Shown here piece by piece: positions 10,452 to 19,463 of a DNA stretch of 64,000 nt. Numbering within the stretch: the stretch's first letter is position 1; the number at the start of each line of letters is the position of its first letter. The DNA is taken from positions 128,001-192,000 of the forward strand of contig JBDRCO010000087.1 in assembly GCA_043821645.1 (NCBI GenBank), read 5' to 3'. The translations under genes were made by a program, and so were the position numbers. Source of the stretch: Pseudomonadota bacterium (GTDB lineage: Bacteria; Myxococcota; JACRCW01; JAFGSX01). The notes under the pieces were generated by a model. It was not told the DNA's origin. It was given only the letters and a program-made list of their open reading frames with translations, and did not search any database.

Positions 10452-12455
10452 ATGCGATGCCATGTGCTGTCCGCCGTGCTGCTGCTGACCTGGGCTGGAG
10501 CAGGTTGCACGCGTTTCTACGAGGCCGAGATCGCGGGCTACATTCGCGACGGCGTGAGCAAGGAGGGGGTCAACCAGGCCATCGTGCAGGTCTTCTACGA
10601 GGACGATCAGCAGAGCTCGTACCAGCAGTCCTTCACACAGCGCTACGGGGACCAGGATGGCTACTTCGTGTTTCGTCGCGTGGTGTGGAGCACGGACACC
10701 CCCCTGTTCGGCGACGAAGGTGACCTGCACGACATCCGCATCACCGTCGAGCACGAGGACTACCAGCCCTTCGACCGGAACCTTCGCATCGTGTCCGGTG
10801 CCTCCAACTCGGTGGGTGACGTGTACCTGGATCGCGCCTTCTTCGTCGCCGGCCTGGTCGAGGGGCGGGTGCGCGACCGCGAGCCAGACGTGGATGGCGA
10901 GCAACCGGGGATCAACGGCCTGAACGTCGAGCTTTACGTCCCCGAGACGCCGCTTGCCGACGAGGCCGAGGCCCTGGCCTGGGTGGCGACGCACAATCCG
11001 GACGCCACGAACCTCACCCGGACCGTCGACGGGGACGATGGGGTGTACCAGTTTGCGGACGTGCAGTGGCTGGACCCGGGACGATTTCCCGCTGGTGACG
11101 ACGAGCGCGGCTCACCCTGGCGCGTGATCGTGCGGGTGCAGGATGCAGATTTCTTCGAGCTCGTGGGCTGGGATCGGGAGATCCGTTCCGGCGAGACCAC
11201 CAGTACTCTCGAGGACCTCTTCGTCGACAAGAAGGACTATCAGGGAAACCTCCGTGGCTGGGTCCGGGATCGCTCCAGCGGCGACGGCGTCAACAACGCC
11301 ACCATCGAGGTCTACGTGCCCGACACTACCCTGGTCACCCAGGCCGAGGTGGATGGCTACATCGACAGTCACGATCCCGATCTCACCGGGGGCTCGCGGA
11401 CCTTCGAAGAGCAGGACGGCTACTTCGAGATCGTCAACATAGGCTGGCACATCGAGCACGCGCCGACTGTCGACGACGCGCACCAGCGCAAGCCCGTGAT
11501 CCTGCGTGTCGTCGCCGGCGACTTCTCCACCCAGACGGTCTTCCGCGACACCACGCTGCCGCGATTCGTGCCGGAGCCGGAGCTGGTGTCGAACAGCACG
11601 GTACAGCAGCGCGATGTGCTGCTCACCCGCACCCATTTCGTGGCCAGTGCCGAGGGCTACGTCCGCAGCACCGCGGGGGCGTCGAACACCGGCATCAACG
11701 GGGTGCGCGTCTCGCTGTACTACGACCCGCAGGATCCTGCGCTCGCCGCCGTCACGGCCTTCGATCCCCTGGCGGTGGAGTTCAATGATCAGCAATCCAC
11801 GGGCAACAACGTGGTGGCCGACGAGGCATATCCTGGTTTCTTCAGGTTCACCAACATCGCCTGGGACAACGCGAACGGTGGTCGCCTGGCCGGCGGCAAG
11901 GATGCCCTCACCGTCATCCTGTACTCCAAGGATCTGGACTTCTCGGGGAACGCGAACAATACCGATCCACGCTGGCAGCGCTTCGAGCTGATCTCGGGGA
12001 GCGATGGCAATGTGTTGCCAGATCTCCTGCACCGGGACGACGCCACGGGCTTCACGGCGGCGTGCGAGGGCTACGTCCGGATGACCCCGGACGACGCGTC
12101 CAGCGGTCGCAACGGCGTGCAGATCTCGCTGTACTACGACCCGCAGGACCCGATGCTGCAGCAGCTGGCGAGCTTCGATCCGACGACGGCGCGCTTCAGT
12201 GATGTGGTGTCCACCGGCAACCAGGTGGTCGGTGATCTTGTCTACGCCGGCGCCTTTCGCTTTTCTGGCCTCGAGTGGAGCAATCCGGCGGGACCGAGCC
12301 TGGCCAGCGGAAAAGATCAACTCGCCGTGATCTTGTTCTCCGAGCACGTGGATTTCTCGAGCCACAGCGGGAACAGTGATCCGCGCTGGCAGCGCTTCGT
12401 CCTCGTCTCTGGTGACGACGGCAATGTGTTACCGGATCTGCAACACCAGCCCTGA
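10452..12455 (+). CDS. Lipoprotein with five carboxypeptidase-regulatory/prealbumin-like beta-sandwich repeats
   Basis: Lipobox AGAGC; five units starting G-[YRW]-[IV]-R...G-[VIR]-N. The last two units are 130-aa near-duplicates. Confidence 0.7.
   Translation: MRCHVLSAVLLLTWAGAGCTRFYEAEIAGYIRDGVSKEGVNQAIVQVFYEDDQQSSYQQSFTQRYGDQDGYFVFRRVVWSTDTPLFGDEGDLHDIRITVEHEDYQPFDRNLRIVSGASNSVGDVYLDRAFFVAGLVEGRVRDREPDVDGEQPGINGLNVELYVPETPLADEAEALAWVATHNPDATNLTRTVDGDDGVYQFADVQWLDPGRFPAGDDERGSPWRVIVRVQDADFFELVGWDREIRSGETTSTLEDLFVDKKDYQGNLRGWVRDRSSGDGVNNATIEVYVPDTTLVTQAEVDGYIDSHDPDLTGGSRTFEEQDGYFEIVNIGWHIEHAPTVDDAHQRKPVILRVVAGDFSTQTVFRDTTLPRFVPEPELVSNSTVQQRDVLLTRTHFVASAEGYVRSTAGASNTGINGVRVSLYYDPQDPALAAVTAFDPLAVEFNDQQSTGNNVVADEAYPGFFRFTNIAWDNANGGRLAGGKDALTVILYSKDLDFSGNANNTDPRWQRFELISGSDGNVLPDLLHRDDATGFTAACEGYVRMTPDDASSGRNGVQISLYYDPQDPMLQQLASFDPTTARFSDVVSTGNQVVGDLVYAGAFRFSGLEWSNPAGPSLASGKDQLAVILFSEHVDFSSHSGNSDPRWQRFVLVSGDDGNVLPDLQHQP
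11637..12440 (+). repeat. Intragenic duplication of a 130-codon domain (11637-12026 and 12051-12440)
   Basis: Both copies share EGYVR, SLYYDPQDP, STGN, GKD, DPRWQRF and GNVLPDL. Confidence 0.85.
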
Positions 12456-12471
12456 GAGGCGAGGGGAGTTC

Positions 12472-13986
12472 GTGCGCCATCACCCCAGACGCTTCATGCA
12501 GCGCACTTTGCGGCCTCCGGGTGTGGCGAGCATGGTCCTGCTCGCACTGCTGACCACCGCGTCGGATGCAAAGGCCCAGTCCGCACCCGTTGCGCCAGGA
12601 GAGGTCTCTCTCACTCCCGCGACGGTGGACTCGAAGACCTGGGACCTGGCGCGCTGTCTGCATTCGGCCCTGCAGCACAGCCCGCAGGTACAGCAACAGC
12701 GGCTGGTCGTGCGGGCCGCCGACGAGAAGCAGGGGGAGGCCCGCTCGCACCTGTTTCCACGGGTCACCTGGGAGAGCCAGGTCTATGCGCTGAGCCAGCT
12801 CTACGATCCCATCGTGGTGCGCAGCGGCGCCTACGGAGAGATGTTCGTGCCCTCGCCAGGGGGAAGTGGCTACATCACGAGTCTGCCGCCCAGAGACGTC
12901 GAATTGCTCGAGGCCGGACCCACCGAGTTTGCCAGCACACGGGTCCGCTTGCAGCAGCCGCTGTTCACCTGGGGCCGCATCCTGCTCGGCATGCAGCTGG
13001 CAGAACTTCAGCACCGCTTCGAGCAGGCCAACCTGCGGGCCACGGGCTACGAGACGGCCTACCTGGTGCGTCAGCTCTATCTGGGGCTCCTCCTGGCAGA
13101 TGCCTCGCTGGAGCTGCTATCCCAGATGCACGGCGAGATGGGGCGAATCCTCGACGACACAAGGGCCCTGGAAGCCCAGGGGCTGGTCACGCCCGCAGCG
13201 GCTCTCGAAGCAGCAGCCAACCTTCGCCAGATCGAGCAGGAGCAGGCGCGCACTGAAGCCGAGAAGGTGCGTGCGCGCGAAGCCTTGCGACTGCTGGTGG
13301 GCGCCAGTGACGACGATGCCATGGCGATAACGGGGCGCCTGGATTCGCTTGAGGCGATCACGCTCACTGACGAGAACGCCCTCATCGACAGTGCCCTGGC
13401 GGCACGTCCGGAACTCGAGAGCCGCACCTTGCAGCTTCACCTCGCCGAACGCCAGGTGGCGCTGCGCCAGGCCGAGGACCTTGGCCGCCCGACCCTGGCC
13501 CTGGCTGCCGAGACCGGACTCCGCGGCGATCGCCTGCCCCTGGTGCGCACCAACTGGACCATGGCCTGGGATCACTATTGGATGGCTGGGCTGGTGTTGC
13601 AGGTGCCCCTCTTTGACGGGTTCGAGGCCCACAGCAAGGTGAATCAGGCCCAGACCCAGCGCAGTCAGGCCGAGCTCGGGGTCGAGCAGACCCGCGGTCT
13701 GGTGAGGGCCGAGGTCCGCCAGCGACGAGCTCAGGTGGAAGCCAGGTTGCGTGAACAGGTGTACGCCAGGGCGCGCGAGGCCGAACGGGCCGAAAAGTAC
13801 CGCGTGGCCGAGCACAGCTACGCCAGCAACACGACCAACCGCTCGGAGTTCCTGGGCGCTCACCTCGAGTGGAGCGAGGCCCGCACCTCGGCCTTGCTCT
13901 CGACCTACCTGCTACACCTGGCGCAGCTCGAGCTGGATCACGCCTCCGGACGCCTGCCGCGAAGCCCCGGCGAGGTGTCGCGATGA
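12472..13986 (+). CDS. TolC family outer membrane efflux protein
   Basis: Signal peptide, LQQPLFTWG and LQVPLFDGF strands, helical repeats. Stop overlaps the RND gene start (ATGA). Confidence 0.88.
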   Translation: MRHHPRRFMQRTLRPPGVASMVLLALLTTASDAKAQSAPVAPGEVSLTPATVDSKTWDLARCLHSALQHSPQVQQQRLVVRAADEKQGEARSHLFPRVTWESQVYALSQLYDPIVVRSGAYGEMFVPSPGGSGYITSLPPRDVELLEAGPTEFASTRVRLQQPLFTWGRILLGMQLAELQHRFEQANLRATGYETAYLVRQLYLGLLLADASLELLSQMHGEMGRILDDTRALEAQGLVTPAAALEAAANLRQIEQEQARTEAEKVRAREALRLLVGASDDDAMAITGRLDSLEAITLTDENALIDSALAARPELESRTLQLHLAERQVALRQAEDLGRPTLALAAETGLRGDRLPLVRTNWTMAWDHYWMAGLVLQVPLFDGFEAHSKVNQAQTQRSQAELGVEQTRGLVRAEVRQRRAQVEARLREQVYARAREAERAEKYRVAEHSYASNTTNRSEFLGAHLEWSEARTSALLSTYLLHLAQLELDHASGRLPRSPGEVSR

Positions 13987-16900
13987 GTCGCGTCATCCTC
14001 GCCGCCTTGCAGTACAGGAAGATCACCCTCCTGTTCACCGTCGCCATCGCCCTGTACGGCCTGTTCAGCTACTACGTCATGCCCAAGCAGGAGAACCCGG
14101 AGACCTCTCCGCCCGTGGCGCTGATCACCACCGTGTATCCCGGAGGCGCACCCGAGGACGTCGAACAGCTCGTCTCCAAACCCATCGAGGATGCCGTCGC
14201 GGGCATCGACAGCTTCGACCACGTGATGTCCTGGTCACGCAACAGCGTGTCCATCGTGGTCGTGTGGCTGGACGTGCGCGCGGACTCGGAAAAACCCTGG
14301 CGGCAAATGCGCGAGGCCCTCGACGATCTCGAAGCGGACCTGCCCGAGCTGTGCCAGCGACCGGAGGTCAACACCAACCTCGCCGAGACCGCGGGGATGA
14401 TCATCGCGCTCTCGGGGGCGCGCTACGACTACGACCAGCTGTCGGGCTTTGCCGAGGTGTTCGAGCGAGAGCTGGCGCGGGTGGACGGCATCGCGCGCAT
14501 CGATGTGGTGGGCGCGCTCGAAAAGCAGGTCGACGTGCGTGTCGAGACCGCGCGCATCAATGGCTATGGCCTCTCGTTCGAGGATCTGGCGACGATCCTG
14601 CGGGCCCAGAACGTCGAGATCCCCTCGGGTTCGATCGAGCGAGACGGGGTGAAGCTCGCGGTCACCACACCCGGTGTCTTCGAGTCGCTCCACGACATCG
14701 AGCAGACCATCGTCGACGTTTCGCCCCAGACCGGAGCACCCGTCCGTGTGCGCGACCTCGCCACCGTGTCCATGGGCCTCGAGGACGGCAGATACAAGAT
14801 TCGCCAGAACGGAGCGCGAGCGGTGCTGCTCGCGGGATACTTCGAGTCGGGACGCAACATCGTTCTCGTCGGCAAGGACGTCCGCGCGATCCTGGATCGC
14901 GTCAAGCAGCGCTTTCCACCCGATCTCCAGGTCGACGAGGTCGTGTTCTATCCCGAGGATGTGCAGGTCGCGGTGGCCGGATTCATGCGCAACCTGTTGC
15001 AGGGTGTGCTGCTGGTGATCGTGGTGGTGTTCCTGGGCATGGGCTTCCGCAATGCCATGGTGGTGTCCCTGGCCATTCCGCTGTCCGTGCTGGTCAGCTT
15101 CGTGGTGATGAACCTGATGGGTCTGCAGATCCACCAGATCTCGACGAGTGCGCTGATCATTGCCCTGGGCATGCTGGTCGACAACGCCATCGTCATCGCC
15201 GACTCCATCCAGGTCCGCATCGATGCAGGTGTCCCCAACGAGACGGCCGCCTTCGAGGGTGCGCGGGAATCCGCCATCCCGGTGTTCACCGCCACCCTGA
15301 CCACGGTCGCGGCCTACTCGCCGCTCATGTTCCTGCCGGGCTCCGTCGGAGACTTCATCCTGACCATCCCGCAGGTCGTCATGGTCTCGCTATCCGCGTC
15401 CTACCTGGTGGCCATGCTGGTCACGCCGACGCTGGGCGCCATGTTCTTCAGACCCACGTCAGGTGGAACGGATGACAGCAGTCGCCTGAGGCGGGGCTTC
15501 GCCTTCTTGCTGGCCTGGGGCTTGCGACACAAGGCGGGGACCCTGCTGATTGCCCTCGCTGTTTTCGGCGCGGCCCTAACCCTGCAGTCCCGTCTCGGTC
15601 TCAGCTTCTTCCCCTATTCCGACAAGAACATGGCCTATGTCAACGTCGAGGGGGAGATCGCGGATTTCGATCGCACGGAGGCCCTGGCGGCCCAGGCCGA
15701 GGCCATCCTGGCCCAAACTCCCGAGATCACGAGCATCACCACCGCGATCGGCGAGGGACTGCCCAAGTTCTTTGTCTCCATGCCCCAGCACGCCCAGGCC
15801 GAGGACTATGCCCAGATCATGTTCCGCTACGATCTCGGGCGCAGTGATCGCTTCGCCAGCAACGAGGAGCTCGTCTTTTACTTGCACCAGCAACTGGGAG
15901 CCGCGATCAGCGGTGCCACGGTCTCGGTCAAGCTGCTCGAGCTGGCCGATCCCTCGGCGGCCCCCGTGGTGGTGCGGGTCAGCGGGGACGACTACGATCG
16001 GTTGCTCGAGGTGTCGCAGCAGCTGCAGGCGCGATTGAGTGAAGTCCCGGGCGCCATCGACGTGAAAGACGATGCCCTGAGCAAGGCGCTGGAGTTCCGC
16101 GTACTGGTCGACGACGACGTGGCCACCAACCTGGGCATCACCAAGTACGACATCCAGCGCCAGATCAACATCGCGCTCTACGGCGGCAAGGCCACGGTCT
16201 TTCGCAAGGCCGGCAAGGAGTACGACATCCGGGTCAAGAGTGACATCCAGAGCCTGAGCGAGCTGGAGAACCTGGCCATCAAGTCGCGGGTCGCGGGTCA
16301 CAAGGTGCTGCTCAAGCAGATCGCGCACGTCGAGCTCGCGCCGCGGGTCGAGCTGATCACGCGCTACCAGCGCGATCGATCGATCGCGGTCACGGCATTC
16401 GTGGCGCCGGGCTTCGCCTCGCCTGCCATCGAGGGCATCATCGAGCGTGACCTGTTGCCCGGGCTCAACCTCGACGGTGTGAGCATCTCCTTCGACGGTG
16501 AGCGCGAGAAGATCAAGAAGAACTTCGGCAACGTGGGCATGTCCTCGCTGGTGGCGCTGGCCGCCGTGTACCTGATCCTGCTGCTGCAGTTCAACAGCTT
16601 CCGCCAGCCCCTGATCATCCTGGTCACGGTGCCCCTGTCTGCCATCGGCTCCATCATCGGGCTGTTCCTGGTTGGCCAGTCCATGTCCTTCACAGCCCTG
16701 CTCGGCATGGCCAGCCTCATTGGCATCGTGGTCAACAATGCCATCCTGCTCATCGACTTCATCAATCGCGCGCGCGAGCGCGGCGACCTCATCGACGCGG
16801 CCTGCGTGGACGCGGTGCAGCGCAGGCTGCGGCCCATCGGTCTGAGTACGCTCACCACCGTGGTCGGGTTGACTCCCCTCATGCTCAGCAACAATCCGCT

Positions 16901-17030
16901 GTTCTATCCCATGTCGATCTCCCTGATGAGTGGCCTCGCCGTGTCGACCCTGTTGACCATGGTCGTGATCCCGGTGGTGATCAGCTTGACCCATCGCGAC
17001 GTGCCGCAGGCCCCTCGGGTGACGTCATGA
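13983..17030 (+). CDS. RND efflux transporter permease (AcrB/AcrD/AcrF family)
   Basis: TVYPGGAPEDVEQLV, LGMLVDNAIV, GIVVNNAILLID, RRLRPIGLSTLTT; about 1015 aa. Confidence 0.95.
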   Translation: MSRVILAALQYRKITLLFTVAIALYGLFSYYVMPKQENPETSPPVALITTVYPGGAPEDVEQLVSKPIEDAVAGIDSFDHVMSWSRNSVSIVVVWLDVRADSEKPWRQMREALDDLEADLPELCQRPEVNTNLAETAGMIIALSGARYDYDQLSGFAEVFERELARVDGIARIDVVGALEKQVDVRVETARINGYGLSFEDLATILRAQNVEIPSGSIERDGVKLAVTTPGVFESLHDIEQTIVDVSPQTGAPVRVRDLATVSMGLEDGRYKIRQNGARAVLLAGYFESGRNIVLVGKDVRAILDRVKQRFPPDLQVDEVVFYPEDVQVAVAGFMRNLLQGVLLVIVVVFLGMGFRNAMVVSLAIPLSVLVSFVVMNLMGLQIHQISTSALIIALGMLVDNAIVIADSIQVRIDAGVPNETAAFEGARESAIPVFTATLTTVAAYSPLMFLPGSVGDFILTIPQVVMVSLSASYLVAMLVTPTLGAMFFRPTSGGTDDSSRLRRGFAFLLAWGLRHKAGTLLIALAVFGAALTLQSRLGLSFFPYSDKNMAYVNVEGEIADFDRTEALAAQAEAILAQTPEITSITTAIGEGLPKFFVSMPQHAQAEDYAQIMFRYDLGRSDRFASNEELVFYLHQQLGAAISGATVSVKLLELADPSAAPVVVRVSGDDYDRLLEVSQQLQARLSEVPGAIDVKDDALSKALEFRVLVDDDVATNLGITKYDIQRQINIALYGGKATVFRKAGKEYDIRVKSDIQSLSELENLAIKSRVAGHKVLLKQIAHVELAPRVELITRYQRDRSIAVTAFVAPGFASPAIEGIIERDLLPGLNLDGVSISFDGEREKIKKNFGNVGMSSLVALAAVYLILLLQFNSFRQPLIILVTVPLSAIGSIIGLFLVGQSMSFTALLGMASLIGIVVNNAILLIDFINRARERGDLIDAACVDAVQRRLRPIGLSTLTTVVGLTPLMLSNNPLFYPMSISLMSGLAVSTLLTMVVIPVVISLTHRDVPQAPRVTS

Positions 17031-17725
17031 CAGCAGCGCTGCGCATCATCGTGGTCGAGGACGACGCGGCCCTGGCGGCAGGCATCGTCAAGGGTCTTCG
17101 CGGCGCGGGCTTTGACGTCGAACTATTCACGACGGGGGACCAGGCGCTGGAGCCCGTGCTCCGCGACCCTCCGGACCTGGTGGTGCTCGATCTCATGCTT
17201 CCTGGTCGCAGCGGCCTCGAACTCCTCGAGGCCTGGCAGGGCCGCAGCCAGGTGCCTGTGCTGGTGCTGACCGCCCGCACAGAGCTCGACGACAGGTTGC
17301 GCTGCTTCTCGCTGGGCGCGGCCGACTACCTGCCCAAGCCCTTCTGGATGGAGGAACTGCTGGCGCGTATTCGCACCCGCCTTCGCGTGCGCGAGGAGGC
17401 CCCGCCACGGCGGGTTGCCTGGGCCGATGTCGTTGCGGACCTCGACGGGCGGCGCGTGCTGCGCGGCGTGCAGGACCTGGGCCTGACTGCGGCAGAGTTC
17501 AATGTGCTCGCCTATCTGCTCGAGCGTCCGGGCCGAGCACTGTCACGCGGGCAGATCGCGCGCGCGGCGCTCTCGGTCGATGACGACGTGGATGAGCGCA
17601 CGGTGGACAGCCACCTGGCGCGGGTGCGCAAGAAGCTGGGGGGGGGGGCGAGCCAGGCCATCGGCACCGTGTGGGGAATCGGCTATCGTTTCCAGCCGGA
17701 ACCAGCGGTCGGGGAAAACGCGTGA
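17027..17725 (+). CDS. OmpR/PhoB family response regulator
   Basis: VVEDD, VVLDLMLPG (phospho-Asp), DYLPKPF, winged helix RTVDSHLARVRKKLG and TVWGIGYR. Confidence 0.95.
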   Translation: MTAALRIIVVEDDAALAAGIVKGLRGAGFDVELFTTGDQALEPVLRDPPDLVVLDLMLPGRSGLELLEAWQGRSQVPVLVLTARTELDDRLRCFSLGAADYLPKPFWMEELLARIRTRLRVREEAPPRRVAWADVVADLDGRRVLRGVQDLGLTAAEFNVLAYLLERPGRALSRGQIARAALSVDDDVDERTVDSHLARVRKKLGGGASQAIGTVWGIGYRFQPEPAVGENA

Positions 17726-17777
17726 GCACGGCCCCGTCCGTCGTCACATGTCGGACAGGTGACAGGCCCGGGAGCGC

Positions 17778-19178
17778 ATGGATCCACAACGCACATCGCG
17801 CCGCGGCATCGCGGGCCTGACTCCGCGCATCGTCGTCATTGCTGCGCTCAGTGCCAGCCTGGGGCTGGGCGTCATGTATCTCGCCCTCACGCGCATCATC
17901 TCTGGCCGTGTGTTCGGGCTGGCCAGCGACACCATCGTCGAGGTGATGCGCCTACAGGGTGGACTCGGCTGTGCACAGGACCCGGAACACTGGGGCTTCG
18001 TGCTCGGCGACAAGACGCGCATCGACGCTTTTGACATCGACACCTTGCGCTCCCGCAACCCCGGGGCGCCTGCCCTCGAGCCAGAGCTCGCCGGGCTTGT
18101 TCGCGCGGGCGCCACCCGGGTGTACCCGAGCCCTGTGTTTGCGGGGCAGGGGGCGGTGCTGCTGGTGAAAGTCGCGGAGCATGGGCCCTGCAGCCTGGTG
18201 CGCCTGCATCGCCAGGCGGATCCGGGCCTCACCCGCGAAGGTGTGCTGTTGCTCTCGAGCTTCTTGCTGTTCGCCCTGGTGTTGACCGGGGTGCTTGGCA
18301 TGCTGTGGGTGGTCAGACCCCTGCTCCGGCGCATCGGTGTGCTGGCGCGCGTTGCGGGCAGTGTCGGCACGCCTGACGTGTTCCCGGCCATGCAACCCAG
18401 CCGCGACGAACTCGGCGAGATCGAGCGCGGTTTGCTGCACGCGCACGACCGCATCACCTCCAGCCAGGCCGAGCTCACAGCCAAGAATCTGGCGCTGACG
18501 GGGCATCTCGCCGACGTGGCACACGATCTTCTCACACCCATCTCCTCGCTGCAGCTCGCCCTCGAGCGCCTGGCAAGCGGAGACGCTGACGTCCGCGCCG
18601 AGGCTCTGGCCGCCGCCATCGGAGATGCGGTCTATCTCGAGCACCTGACCGACAATCTGCGACTGGCCACCAAGCTTGCCGAGGGGCTGGTGGGCGACGC
18701 GGCGATGCAGCGCACGGATCTGGTCCAGGTGATCCTGCGGGTGTGCGGGCGCTTCGCCCTGCTGGCACGACAGAAGCGCATCGCTCTTGAGCGCGCACAT
18801 CCCGACGAGGCCGTGTGGCTGGTGGGCGACCCCGTGCTCCACGAGCGTGCCCTGAGCAATCTCGTGCACAACGCCCTGCGCTATGGCGAGGTCGGCGGTC
18901 ACGTCGCTGTGCTGCTCGAGGTGCAAGGAACGCGCTTCACCCTCGCCGTGCTCGACGACGGACCCGGTGTGCCGCCCGAGGACATCGGACGCCTGGCCGA
19001 GCGCACCTTCCGCAGCGATCAGGCGCGGCAGCGCGATGTCCATGGCCAGGGTCTGGGGCTGGCCATCACGTCGGAGATCTGTCGTCGTGCGGACCTGCAG
19101 CTCGCCTTCAGTGCGGTCGAACCCCGGGGGCTGCGGGTGTGCATTTCTGGCTCCACCGCGCTTGAGCCCGCGCCCTGA
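17778..19178 (+). CDS. Membrane sensor histidine kinase (HAMP-HisKA-HATPase)
   Basis: Two TM segments, H-box VAHDLLTPI, N-box LSNLVHNALRY, DDGPG, GQGLGLAI. Confidence 0.93.
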   Translation: MDPQRTSRRGIAGLTPRIVVIAALSASLGLGVMYLALTRIISGRVFGLASDTIVEVMRLQGGLGCAQDPEHWGFVLGDKTRIDAFDIDTLRSRNPGAPALEPELAGLVRAGATRVYPSPVFAGQGAVLLVKVAEHGPCSLVRLHRQADPGLTREGVLLLSSFLLFALVLTGVLGMLWVVRPLLRRIGVLARVAGSVGTPDVFPAMQPSRDELGEIERGLLHAHDRITSSQAELTAKNLALTGHLADVAHDLLTPISSLQLALERLASGDADVRAEALAAAIGDAVYLEHLTDNLRLATKLAEGLVGDAAMQRTDLVQVILRVCGRFALLARQKRIALERAHPDEAVWLVGDPVLHERALSNLVHNALRYGEVGGHVAVLLEVQGTRFTLAVLDDGPGVPPEDIGRLAERTFRSDQARQRDVHGQGLGLAITSEICRRADLQLAFSAVEPRGLRVCISGSTALEPAP

Positions 19179-19204
19179 TTCTTTTCATTCGCCCCCGAGC
19201 ACCC

Positions 19205-19432
19205 TCAGTGGTCCTCTCCTGCGGCGTCTGCAGCACCGGCATCCTCGCGCGCGAGCTCGATGCAGACACCGCCGTCGTTCTCGACAAAACCAGAGACGCA
19301 CAGGCATGTCGGTCCTCGGGCCAGGTCCGCGCACACGGCGTGGAGGGGACATTCGACCCCGTCACAGGGGTCTGGTCGCCCGCAGGCCATACCCGCGAGA
19401 GTGAGGGCGAGGAAGATCAGCCGGCGTGCCAT
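19205..19432 (-). CDS. Small lipoprotein with single EGF-like 6-Cys domain
   Basis: Lipobox GMAC; CDGVECPLHAVC..TCLCVSGF..VC; purine-rich RBS upstream. Confidence 0.7.
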   Translation of the reverse strand: MARRLIFLALTLAGMACGRPDPCDGVECPLHAVCADLARGPTCLCVSGFVENDGGVCIELAREDAGAADAAGEDH

Positions 19433-19463
19433 GGGTATGCGCTCCCTCTCTCGGTGAGACGCT

